From the IMG/VR virus record IMGVR_UViG_3300028802_000019, positions 1 to 55,236 of that record: a DNA stretch of 55,236 nt. The stretch is one strand, 5' to 3'. Numbering within the stretch: the first letter of the stretch is position 1; every line of letters starts with the position of its first letter. Positions 42,686 to 50,960 of this stretch are shown here, in pieces. The position numbers and the translations under genes are program-made. The notes under the pieces were generated by a model, which saw only the letters and a list, made by a program, of their open reading frames with translations, was not told the origin of the DNA and did no database searches. The DNA comes from a virus (taxonomy: Duplodnaviria > Caudoviricetes).

Positions 42686-43089
42686 CCCTCAGCGTCCGAC
42701 AGCGTTACGTCGTGGTGCTGGAAGGCGTGCTGGCACGCATCACCGACATCACCGAAGAGCGGCGCTTTCGCAACGACCGGGTGACCGGCCACAACATCTT
42801 GTGGTTCGACCTGCCGATGCGGCGTCTGGCCACCATGCGTAGGCAGTTCCCCGACACGGGCGCCGACGTGGTGACGTTCGTGGACGAGCAGGTCGCCGTC
42901 GATGCCGCCGAGTACCTCGATGCGGCATCCGTGCCGGTGGACTCATGCACATACCAGCCGTTCGATAGGTGGGTATCCCTGCTGCCCTACCAGGACGGGC
43001 TGCAAGCGGTCTTCGACTCCAGCAACGAGCGCCTCGATCGCTACGGACAGATCGGGCGCCAAGTGGTGATGGGCGAGGACTTCGTCTGA
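42667..43089 (+). CDS. Degenerate HAD-like hypothetical protein
   Basis: MERGDL..YVVVLEGVLA, DVVTF; coupled to the helicase. Confidence 0.6.
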   Translation: MERGDLALSVRQRYVVVLEGVLARITDITEERRFRNDRVTGHNILWFDLPMRRLATMRRQFPDTGADVVTFVDEQVAVDAAEYLDAASVPVDSCTYQPFDRWVSLLPYQDGLQAVFDSSNERLDRYGQIGRQVVMGEDFV

Positions 43090-44366
43090 TGGATCTCCAG
43101 CAGGCGTTGCTGTCGAAGATCATCCGCGACGGTGAACTGGCCACCGTCGTCAACGCCAAGATCACCCCTGACTTCTTCACCGACGACCAGTGGAACCGCG
43201 TCTACACCCACCTGCTCAGGCACTGGCGCAAGTATGGAACCTCTCCATCCTTGGACTCGGTCCACCATGACTTCCCGACCTACCAGTGGCCCGAGGTGGA
43301 GCAGGACATCAGCTTCTACATCCACGGGCTGCGCCAGCGCCGCAAGCGCGCCATCCTCACCGAGGGGCTGAACGAAGCGGCCTCATACCTCCACGTCGAG
43401 AACGAACCCGACGCCCTCGACCTGATGGAGGTGGCCCTGCGCCAGACGCTGGCCCGCAGCGTGCTGGAGACGTCAGCGACCAGCGACATCGACTTCACCC
43501 AGCGCGGCAAGGAGATCATGGAGCGGCTGGAGCGCCGGATGGCCAACCCCGGCTACCTGCGGGGCATCTCGACGGGGATCCGGGGCATCGACTACGTCAC
43601 CGGAGGGCTACAGGCCGAGCAGTTCATCGTGATGATCGGGTTGCCCAAGGCGTTCAAGTCGGCCACCCTGCTGTGGATCGCCAAGAACATCCACGACGCT
43701 GGCAAGCGCCCGATGTTCCTCGGTTTCGAGATGTCCAACGACGAGCAGGAGGACCGTCTCACCAGCCTCTACGGCGAGGTGGGGCTGACCGAGGTGATGA
43801 ACGGGACGCTGTCGCTGGACAGTCGCCGCGCCATCCGGGTCGAGATGGACGCCCTCGCCAAGAGCGATACTCAGTTCATCTCCTCGGTGGACATCGACAA
43901 CGCTATGACAGTGTCGGGGGTGCTCTCCAAGGTGCAGGAGTACCGCCCCGATTGCGTGCTGATCGACGGGGCATACCTGATGCAGTCGGAGCTACCGAAG
44001 TCCGAGCCAGGGTCAGCCCAGGCGCTCGCTGACATAGCTCGTGCGTTGAAGAAGCTGGCCCAGAGCCAGCGGATACCGATTGTTGTAACAACCCAAGCGG
44101 ACCAAGGGCGCTCTCGTCATGGCCTCACGGCGGCGAGTGCCATGTACACCCAAGCCTGGCGGCAGTCCGCTGATGTGTTGTTGGGTGTTGAACGTGTAGA
44201 TCCCAAAGCTGACGACTTCGGGCAAGTGATGGTTCGCTTCAAGGTATTGGCCTCTCGTTCGGGGCCACGTGCGGAGACCCTCCTGGCATGGAACTGGTCC
44301 CTGGGCACGGTCCATGAAGTAGATCCCTCGATCTACCGCATGGACGATGCCGACCCGGAAGATTGA
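43089..44366 (+). CDS. dnaB: DnaB-like replicative helicase
   Basis: GISTG, GLPKAFKS (variant Walker A), FEMS, LIDG, LKKLA..IPIVVTTQ, QSADV. Confidence 0.88.
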   Translation: MDLQQALLSKIIRDGELATVVNAKITPDFFTDDQWNRVYTHLLRHWRKYGTSPSLDSVHHDFPTYQWPEVEQDISFYIHGLRQRRKRAILTEGLNEAASYLHVENEPDALDLMEVALRQTLARSVLETSATSDIDFTQRGKEIMERLERRMANPGYLRGISTGIRGIDYVTGGLQAEQFIVMIGLPKAFKSATLLWIAKNIHDAGKRPMFLGFEMSNDEQEDRLTSLYGEVGLTEVMNGTLSLDSRRAIRVEMDALAKSDTQFISSVDIDNAMTVSGVLSKVQEYRPDCVLIDGAYLMQSELPKSEPGSAQALADIARALKKLAQSQRIPIVVTTQADQGRSRHGLTAASAMYTQAWRQSADVLLGVERVDPKADDFGQVMVRFKVLASRSGPRAETLLAWNWSLGTVHEVDPSIYRMDDADPED

Positions 44367-45279
44367 TCTCGTCCGCTACCTCGCTGACGCTGGCATCCAG
44401 CGTCTGCACGAGGGGCGCAAGGAGATCGCGGGCATGTGCCCGATGCACGTCAAGCGCACCGGGCACGCCGACACCCACCCCTCGTGGTCGATCAACCGCA
44501 CCACGTACCTCCACTTCTGCCAGTCGTGCCATTACTCGGGCACCCTCAACTCGCTGCTGGTCGATCTCCTCGGCGCCGCCCCCGAGGATCTGGAGACGGT
44601 CCTCAACGAGCAGGCCTTCCTGCGCAAGATGGCCGAGGTCCGGGCCGAACCGGACAAGGTGCTGGAGCCGGTCTTCAACCTCACCGAGTGGGGGCTGCTC
44701 AATCTCCTCCGAGACGTGCCTAGAAGGCTCCTGGAGCGCCGCTGGCTACGTCGCGAGGCCATTGACGCCTACCAGGTGCGCTGGGACGCTGAGACGAAGC
44801 AGTGGGTGCTCCCGCTGCGCTCGATCGACGGCACCCTGATCGGTGCCCAGTACCGGCAGAGCGGGTCGGTGCTCACGCTGCCGCCAGCGGTGGAGAAGGC
44901 GCTCACGCTGTTCGGCTACATCCAGATGGCGCAGTATGACTGCTGTGTGGTGGTGGAATCGCCGCTCGACGCCGTACGTCTCTACGGGCTGGGCATACCG
45001 GCTGTATCCACCCTTGGCGCCTGGATCTCGTCGGAGCAGGTCCGTCTTCTCGCCCGCACTTTCACCACCATCTACATGGCGCTCGATGATGACGCCGCTG
45101 GGCACAAGGGAGCCGAGATCGCCACCCGTGGGCTGCGTCGCCAGGGCGCTGCGGTGGTGTCGTGGAGTTACCACGGTCTTGTTGACGAGGACGGCCACAA
45201 GGCGAAGGATGTAGGCGACGTGGCCGACGACGACTTGTTGTTGGCGTCGTGGCAACACACGCGGAGGTGCTGGCTGTGA
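44347..45279 (+). CDS. dnaG: DNA primase (CHC2 Zn finger + TOPRIM)
   Basis: CPMH..PSWSIN..CQSC; VVESPLD; LDDDAAG; KDVGD. Confidence 0.9.
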   Translation: MPTRKIDLVRYLADAGIQRLHEGRKEIAGMCPMHVKRTGHADTHPSWSINRTTYLHFCQSCHYSGTLNSLLVDLLGAAPEDLETVLNEQAFLRKMAEVRAEPDKVLEPVFNLTEWGLLNLLRDVPRRLLERRWLRREAIDAYQVRWDAETKQWVLPLRSIDGTLIGAQYRQSGSVLTLPPAVEKALTLFGYIQMAQYDCCVVVESPLDAVRLYGLGIPAVSTLGAWISSEQVRLLARTFTTIYMALDDDAAGHKGAEIATRGLRRQGAAVVSWSYHGLVDEDGHKAKDVGDVADDDLLLASWQHTRRCWL

Positions 45280-45581
45280 GTGACGACGATCGTCGGGACA
45301 GCCCAGTCGATCGCGAGCGCGTCTACGACCGGATAGCTCCGCTCATCATGGTGTTCAGCCGTCGCTGTGGTGAGGAACCGTTCCACGCCGAAGAACTGCG
45401 GACCTACGTCCGTGATCGGGTGCCGGAGATCGCACCGGCCTCTCCTGACCGGATTCTGCGGCAACTGCGCCTGGAGAAGAAGCTGGACTACATAGTCCTC
45501 AACCGCCGTGCTTCTCTCTATCAGTTCGGTCCCCCACCGCCGCGGCGGCGCCGTGTGATCCCGCCACGGGATACCTTGTGA
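45276..45581 (+). CDS. Small winged-helix-like protein
   Basis: FHAEELR..APASPDRILRQLR..SLYQF; GTGA overlap. Confidence 0.65.
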   Translation: MSDDDRRDSPVDRERVYDRIAPLIMVFSRRCGEEPFHAEELRTYVRDRVPEIAPASPDRILRQLRLEKKLDYIVLNRRASLYQFGPPPPRRRRVIPPRDTL

Positions 45582-45856
45582 CAATGGCCTCGAACTTGAA
45601 ACTGCTGGAGAACGCTGACGGCTCGTACACCGTGGACTACGAGTGGAAGACCTACCGCTTCCTGCTGGACGACGGGCGCACGATCGACGTGAAGGGCGTG
45701 CAGGACGACTCCACGCTGCGCGAGGCCGTGCGGACCACCGTCAAGGCCAAGGCCATCGCTGGCGTGGCCTACCTCACACCGACGCCGGTCGAAGAGGAGC
45801 CGAAGAAGCCACCGGTCAAGCGCCGTGCGCGGGCACGCGTCACCGAGGATGCGTGA
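45578..45856 (+). CDS. Hypothetical protein
   Basis: Coupled overlaps; high GC3. Confidence 0.65.
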   Translation: MTMASNLKLLENADGSYTVDYEWKTYRFLLDDGRTIDVKGVQDDSTLREAVRTTVKAKAIAGVAYLTPTPVEEEPKKPPVKRRARARVTEDA

Positions 45857-47415
45857 GCCAACAGCTTCGTCCGTACCAGATCGAGTGCGCTGAGCGAGCC
45901 GTCGAGCGCGGCAACCTGTTGGTGGCGATGGTCATGGGGTCGGGCAAGACCCCGGCCTCGATCACTGCACTGCGCACACTGCGCCGCCAGGGGGTGATCC
46001 ACTTCGGCGCTGTCTTCGGGCCGCTGTCGTGCATGTACCAGTGGGAGGCCGAGATCCACCGCTGGGATCCTCGGGCCAAGGTGCAGGTGATCATCGGGGA
46101 CAAGCGCGAGCGCACCCGCGCCTTCCGCAACGCTCGCCGGTTCAACTACAACATCTGCTCGTACGGTGCGTTCATCTACGACTGGGATCTGGTCAAGGAG
46201 TATCTGCCCACTGACTTCCTCGTACTCGATGAGGTGTCAGCCATCAAAGGGTTCACGGCCAAGCGTTCAAAGAGAGCCAAGTTACTAGGCAGACGGACCC
46301 CAGTTCGCCTTGGTCTGTCCGGTGCTCCTGTTGAGAACAGGCCTGAGGAACTGTTCTCCATCATGGAGTTCGTTGATCCGACCGTGCTCGGTTCCTTCGA
46401 CAAGTTCGATCGCACCTTCATCGTGCGTGATGGTTGGGGTAGGCCGAAGCGGTACCGCAACCTTCATCTGATACAGCAACGGCTCGGCCCAGCGATGTAC
46501 CGGAAATCTCGCGAGGATATTGCCGAGTGGCTCCCTAAGAAGATCGAGATGGAGATGCCAGTGGTGCTCGACCGCACGGCGATGCGGTTGCACGACCTGA
46601 TCCGGGCCGACCTCAGCGACGCCATCGACAAGGCGATGGCCGGTGGAGTGTCCGGTGGCACCTTCGACGTCAACGCCCACTATGGGCGCCACGAGACCGA
46701 CGACCACACCCTGATGGGTCAGGTGATGAGCCGACTGCTGGCGATGCGCATGCTCTCCAGCCACCCCCACCTGCTGCGCTGCTCGGCCGAGGACTTCGAC
46801 AACCTCCTCACCCGCAAGGGGAGCCAGTACGCCAACGACCTGATGGCCAAGGGGCTGCTCGACAACCTGCCGCTGGAGAACGCCAAGCTCGACGGCCTGC
46901 TGGAGACGACGGCCCAGATCCTCGATGAGGACAAGCGCCACAAGGTCGTCGTGTTCTCGTACTTCAAGCCGATGCTGGCGATGATCGGGCGGGGGATCCA
47001 GAAGTCCAAGGTCGGCTTCACCACGCTGACCGGAGACATCACCTCGGCCCAGGAGCGCTTCCGTCGCATCGAACGGTTCAACACCGAGGACCGCTGCCGT
47101 GTGTTCTTGTCATCGGACGCTGGCGCCTATGGTGTCAACCTCAGTCAGGGATCTCACCTGATCAACTACGACCTTCCGTGGAGTAGTGGCGTCCTTGCCC
47201 AGCGTGTCAGCCGTATCGACCGGACCAACTCGGCCTTCGACCAAATCAACATCATCTACATGTACGGCCACCAGACGATCGAGGAGCGCATGTTCCGCAT
47301 GCTTCAACAGAAGGCAACCGTGGCACGGGCCTTCATCGACGGCGAGTTCGACATCCGCAGCGGCTCGCTGAAGCTGGACCTGGAGAGCCTGCGTGAGTTC
47401 CTCGACGCAGCCTGA
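45853..47415 (+). CDS. SNF2-family helicase/ATPase
   Basis: LRPYQ, MGSGKT, LDEVS, LSGAPVENRPEEL, GVNL, DLPWS..QRVSRIDR. Confidence 0.92.
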   Translation: MSQQLRPYQIECAERAVERGNLLVAMVMGSGKTPASITALRTLRRQGVIHFGAVFGPLSCMYQWEAEIHRWDPRAKVQVIIGDKRERTRAFRNARRFNYNICSYGAFIYDWDLVKEYLPTDFLVLDEVSAIKGFTAKRSKRAKLLGRRTPVRLGLSGAPVENRPEELFSIMEFVDPTVLGSFDKFDRTFIVRDGWGRPKRYRNLHLIQQRLGPAMYRKSREDIAEWLPKKIEMEMPVVLDRTAMRLHDLIRADLSDAIDKAMAGGVSGGTFDVNAHYGRHETDDHTLMGQVMSRLLAMRMLSSHPHLLRCSAEDFDNLLTRKGSQYANDLMAKGLLDNLPLENAKLDGLLETTAQILDEDKRHKVVVFSYFKPMLAMIGRGIQKSKVGFTTLTGDITSAQERFRRIERFNTEDRCRVFLSSDAGAYGVNLSQGSHLINYDLPWSSGVLAQRVSRIDRTNSAFDQINIIYMYGHQTIEERMFRMLQQKATVARAFIDGEFDIRSGSLKLDLESLREFLDAA

Positions 47416-47668
47416 GTGGGAGCCGCCCCGGTGCATACACGGGTTCATCATCCTGGCCTGCCCCGAGGACGACTGCCCGACCCAAGGCGCCTACCTCGAC
47501 CAGCAGGACGCCGCGGTGCGCGAGTACAACCGCACTGCCATGCTGCGGCTGCTGTCGATGATGGGCCTCGATGAGATCAACGCCTGCCACATCCTGCGCA
47601 TCATGGACCGAGAGAGTGTGCGACCTGAGCAGGCGCCCCCTGGACCACATCGGGGGTCTTGCGGTTGA
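47393..47668 (+). CDS. Small hypothetical protein
   Basis: CIHG..C....C; start uncertain. Confidence 0.45.
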   Translation: MSSSTQPEWEPPRCIHGFIILACPEDDCPTQGAYLDQQDAAVREYNRTAMLRLLSMMGLDEINACHILRIMDRESVRPEQAPPGPHRGSCG

Positions 47669-47738
47669 AGGAGCGAATCGACTTCACCGTTGCTGCGGGC
47701 CTAGTGGTATCTAGCCTGCTCCCGCCCAGGTCGCAGTT

Positions 47739-47993
47739 GTGATACTACTCGGGATCCTGGCGGTGTGGCTGGCGTGGCTGGCCGTGGAGGCCGTGATCGA
47801 GATGCCGAAGCTTGCCTGGTACGGCCTGGCGGCTGCCCTCGGAGTGGGCTGGCAGTTGCTAGCAGATTGGGACAAATGGTGGCTGGGCCTTGGTATCGGA
47901 GGCGGCGCGACACTATTGTTCTTGCTCACAGACCTGATTCTCGTGGCAACGGACGCGGCTAAGGTCACCGTCCTTCGAAGAACCAATCGTTGA
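47739..47993 (+). CDS. Small membrane protein (about 3 TM segments)
   Basis: Hydrophobic throughout. Confidence 0.65.
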   Translation: MILLGILAVWLAWLAVEAVIEMPKLAWYGLAAALGVGWQLLADWDKWWLGLGIGGGATLLFLLTDLILVATDAAKVTVLRRTNR

Positions 47994-48008
47994 TAGAGGA
48001 GACTGCTC

Positions 48009-48923
48009 GTGACGCTTCACATCGTGCTCGGTGACGGCTACATGCCCACCAAGGAACTGACCGCCCACCTTGTGGACATGCAGCAGAAGGCAGCCGCCGA
48101 CGACGATGGGTTCTGGTTCACGGTCCAAGCCAAGCCCGAGCCGACCGACACCGACCGTGCCCTCATCAAGTGGCTCAACGATCCCAAGAACGGTGACGGC
48201 GAGGAGGGGGTGTACTGGGACGCCATCGGGGACGAGGACTCCGCTGACAAGCTCTACGCCGACGCCCAGGTGATCCACAAGGCCACCAAGCTGGGGAGCG
48301 CCGTCGTCAAGTTGATGGACAAGACCAAGGCCGGTGGCGAACTGGACGATGACGGGGAGGAGATCCCCGGCGAGGACGCCGACCTGCTGGCCCTGTACTT
48401 CTCCGACGAGGAGGACGCCGAGGAGGACCGCTGGCTCAACGACGTGATATCGGCCGTAGCCGATGCCGGATACCCGGTGTATGCCCTCAACGACGGGATG
48501 ACCCTGATCGAGCCGCCCGACGAAGACGAGGACGACGTGGAAGACGAAGCCGTGGACGCTGACGTGATCAAGGCAGTGACAGCGCCGCCCACGCGTGAGC
48601 AGTTGTCCGAGATGGAACTGGACGACCTGAAGAAGATCGCTCTGGAGCGTGGCATCGAGGTGGCGCCTCGCTCGCGCAAGCCCACCTACATCGATGCCAT
48701 CCTCGGTGAAGAGGACGAGGTGGCCGAGGTCGAGATCGAGAAGCCCAAGGCGGCGCCGCCCCTCGTCATCAACACCACCGGGACGGTGACGACAGGGACG
48801 GCGACCAGCAGCTACGTCAACATGGCCGAGGTCAGCGGCCCAGCCATGATCATCGTCGTCTACGACGGCAGGGTGGTCTCTCGTGTTGTGACAACCGAGC
48901 AGGCCAGGGCGCTACTAAGCTGA
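48009..48923 (+). CDS. Acidic protein with Rho-N/SAP-like motif
   Basis: LSEMELDDLKKIALERGI..RKPTYIDAIL; AGAGGAG RBS. Confidence 0.7.
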   Translation: MTLHIVLGDGYMPTKELTAHLVDMQQKAAADDDGFWFTVQAKPEPTDTDRALIKWLNDPKNGDGEEGVYWDAIGDEDSADKLYADAQVIHKATKLGSAVVKLMDKTKAGGELDDDGEEIPGEDADLLALYFSDEEDAEEDRWLNDVISAVADAGYPVYALNDGMTLIEPPDEDEDDVEDEAVDADVIKAVTAPPTREQLSEMELDDLKKIALERGIEVAPRSRKPTYIDAILGEEDEVAEVEIEKPKAAPPLVINTTGTVTTGTATSSYVNMAEVSGPAMIIVVYDGRVVSRVVTTEQARALLS

Positions 48924-48960
48924 AGTCCTTGGGAGTTCCGCCGCTTCCTTGGAGTTAGCT

Positions 48961-48990
48961 GGCGGTCGGGCGGTTCGCCCTCCGACCGCC
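48961..48990. terminator. Hairpin between convergent genes
   Basis: GGCGGTCGG...CCGACCGCC. Confidence 0.55.
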
Positions 48991-48995
48991 GCGGC

Positions 48996-50960
48996 TCACG
49001 TGGGGTCGGGGAAGAGGTCGATGACTGCGGGGGCGATGCCCTGCTGCCACTCGTTGCCGTCCCAGTAGGCGCAGCCATCGGTGCCCGCGGTCTGGGTCTG
49101 GATCCACTCCCCGGTCGCCCACGGCGTGATCGGGTAGGCCTGGATCCCACTGTTGTGGAGGACCGAGTAGTTCAGCGGCGGCAGCGGTGCCGGTGAGGTC
49201 CAGGCGGTCGGTCCCCACGCCCCCGGCTTACCCGCGTATGCCGTACGCGCCTTCCATGGGTTGGGAGCGCCAGTGCCGGGAACACCGAGAGCGTTCTGAC
49301 GCACGAGCACCGAGCCGGTGACCGGTGGCAAGGCAGCCTTGGGGTCGTCGGGGAAGAGCACGTCGGTGTGCGACATCAGTGGCGTGCCTGCTGGCACCCA
49401 CTGGTGGGCGAGTCCCTGCTTGGCCGCTTCCTCGTCGGTGAACACTCCGCCCTCCTGGGCGTCGGCGGTGGACATGTTCCAGGAGAAGAGGCGCCCCATC
49501 ACCGCCGTGCGGTCGTTGTACCAGCAGGAGTAGCTCTTGTTCGGGCGCTCGTACCAGGTGAAGTCGCCATCGACCCCGTACAGCGAGGCACCGTCGAAGT
49601 ACCCCCAGTCGTCGTAGTTGGAGGGCAGCGTCCCGAACTCCACGCAGACCGTGTCGAGGTCGAGATAGCTGCCCTGGGTCTCGACCCGGAGCATGGCGGT
49701 GGTGGCCTCCCCGATGTCACGCAGAGTGCGCACGTTCAGCCAGGCGCCGTTGGACAGCCACCTCTCCTCGGGGTGACCCCAGTCGGCCGCGGTGGCCACG
49801 AAGTCCGGTCCCCAGGCGAGGAAGCCGACCTTGATCTCGCCGTCGCTGCGCACCCGCAACTGCACGGTCCAGCCCCGCTCGTTGAGACGGCTGACCATCG
49901 GGAACGTGTTGGACTCCACGACCTTGGCGGCGAAGTGGCCGTAGAAGTTGCCGCCACCCGTCGAGGGCGTCTTGGTCCAGGGCAGGGGCGTGGTGCCCAT
50001 CACCACCGGGGTGACGGTGGGGGTGCAGGTCCACACCTCGCCGCGCTGGGAGCCAAACTTCACGTACACCTGAAGGTTGGTCAGTTCCGCCGCCGAGTCG
50101 GAGTCGGTGGCCCTCGTCCAGGTGCTCGCTGAGGCGATGTAGACCCCGTTGTTCTGCGCCAGCGTCTGGTCCTTGACCAGCACGCGATCGTTGGCCACGA
50201 GGGTGACGGTGTCGATCGTCAGCAGCCCGGAGAGGGCCGTCAGGTTCTCTGTGGTGGCCGCTCGCACGGTGTTGGCGATGTCGGTCGTCAACTGGGTCAC
50301 CGTGCCGTCGCTGCGCCAGAAGTCGGTGGCCTCTTCGAAGCTCGGGTTGGCGACCATGTTCATCCGCTGCGGGTAGATCCACAGGTGCTGGGTGCGGGCT
50401 GGTTCGAACGGCCTCGCTCCCACCGTGCGCACCAGCGGCCCCTCCAGAACGCCGTCAGAGGCCCACGAGAGCAGCACCCTGCCCTTGGTGGGGTCAACCT
50501 GAGGGATGACGCCGTCGCCGGGGTACATCACCGTGCCGGTGCTCACAGGCGTGTCGGTGACGAACATGACCTTGTTCTGCATCCCCTGCTTCGTCCCCTT
50601 GTAGACGAAGGCGATCGCCTTGACCATCGACTTGGGGAAGCCAGCGGGCAGTACGTAGCCGATCGAGTCGGTGAGGCTGTAGTAGGTCGTGCCGACCGTG
50701 GTGTGGACGGTGCCGATCGTGGTGGTCGCTCGCTGGGGTACGGACGGTCCCCAGCCGAGGGCTGCCTCCAACCCGGCGATGGTGTCGATAGCGGCGTATG
50801 GCGAACCGACGACCGGGGCGAGGGCGTCCACCTCCTGGTCGGGACGCAGCGCCGCAGCGGTGGGGAACATCACCATCTCGACCTGGAGACCCGGCCCGTC
50901 CATCAGGGTGACGTCGGCGGCGAGCGCAGCGCGGAAGGAGTTGGTGAAGATCGCCGTCAT
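48996..50960 (-). CDS. Minor tail / baseplate protein
   Basis: NMVANPSFE carbohydrate-binding-like module interrupted by a VRAATTENL..DRVLVKDQT..NGVY fibre module; YFDG. Confidence 0.75.
   Translation of the reverse strand: MTAIFTNSFRAALAADVTLMDGPGLQVEMVMFPTAAALRPDQEVDALAPVVGSPYAAIDTIAGLEAALGWGPSVPQRATTTIGTVHTTVGTTYYSLTDSIGYVLPAGFPKSMVKAIAFVYKGTKQGMQNKVMFVTDTPVSTGTVMYPGDGVIPQVDPTKGRVLLSWASDGVLEGPLVRTVGARPFEPARTQHLWIYPQRMNMVANPSFEEATDFWRSDGTVTQLTTDIANTVRAATTENLTALSGLLTIDTVTLVANDRVLVKDQTLAQNNGVYIASASTWTRATDSDSAAELTNLQVYVKFGSQRGEVWTCTPTVTPVVMGTTPLPWTKTPSTGGGNFYGHFAAKVVESNTFPMVSRLNERGWTVQLRVRSDGEIKVGFLAWGPDFVATAADWGHPEERWLSNGAWLNVRTLRDIGEATTAMLRVETQGSYLDLDTVCVEFGTLPSNYDDWGYFDGASLYGVDGDFTWYERPNKSYSCWYNDRTAVMGRLFSWNMSTADAQEGGVFTDEEAAKQGLAHQWVPAGTPLMSHTDVLFPDDPKAALPPVTGSVLVRQNALGVPGTGAPNPWKARTAYAGKPGAWGPTAWTSPAPLPPLNYSVLHNSGIQAYPITPWATGEWIQTQTAGTDGCAYWDGNEWQQGIAPAVIDLFPDPT

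Noticed and set aside
32307-47415. Inteins or introns in RecA, Pol, DnaB or SNF2
   Set aside because: Protein lengths are normal, with no C/S...HN splice motifs or frame breaks seen.
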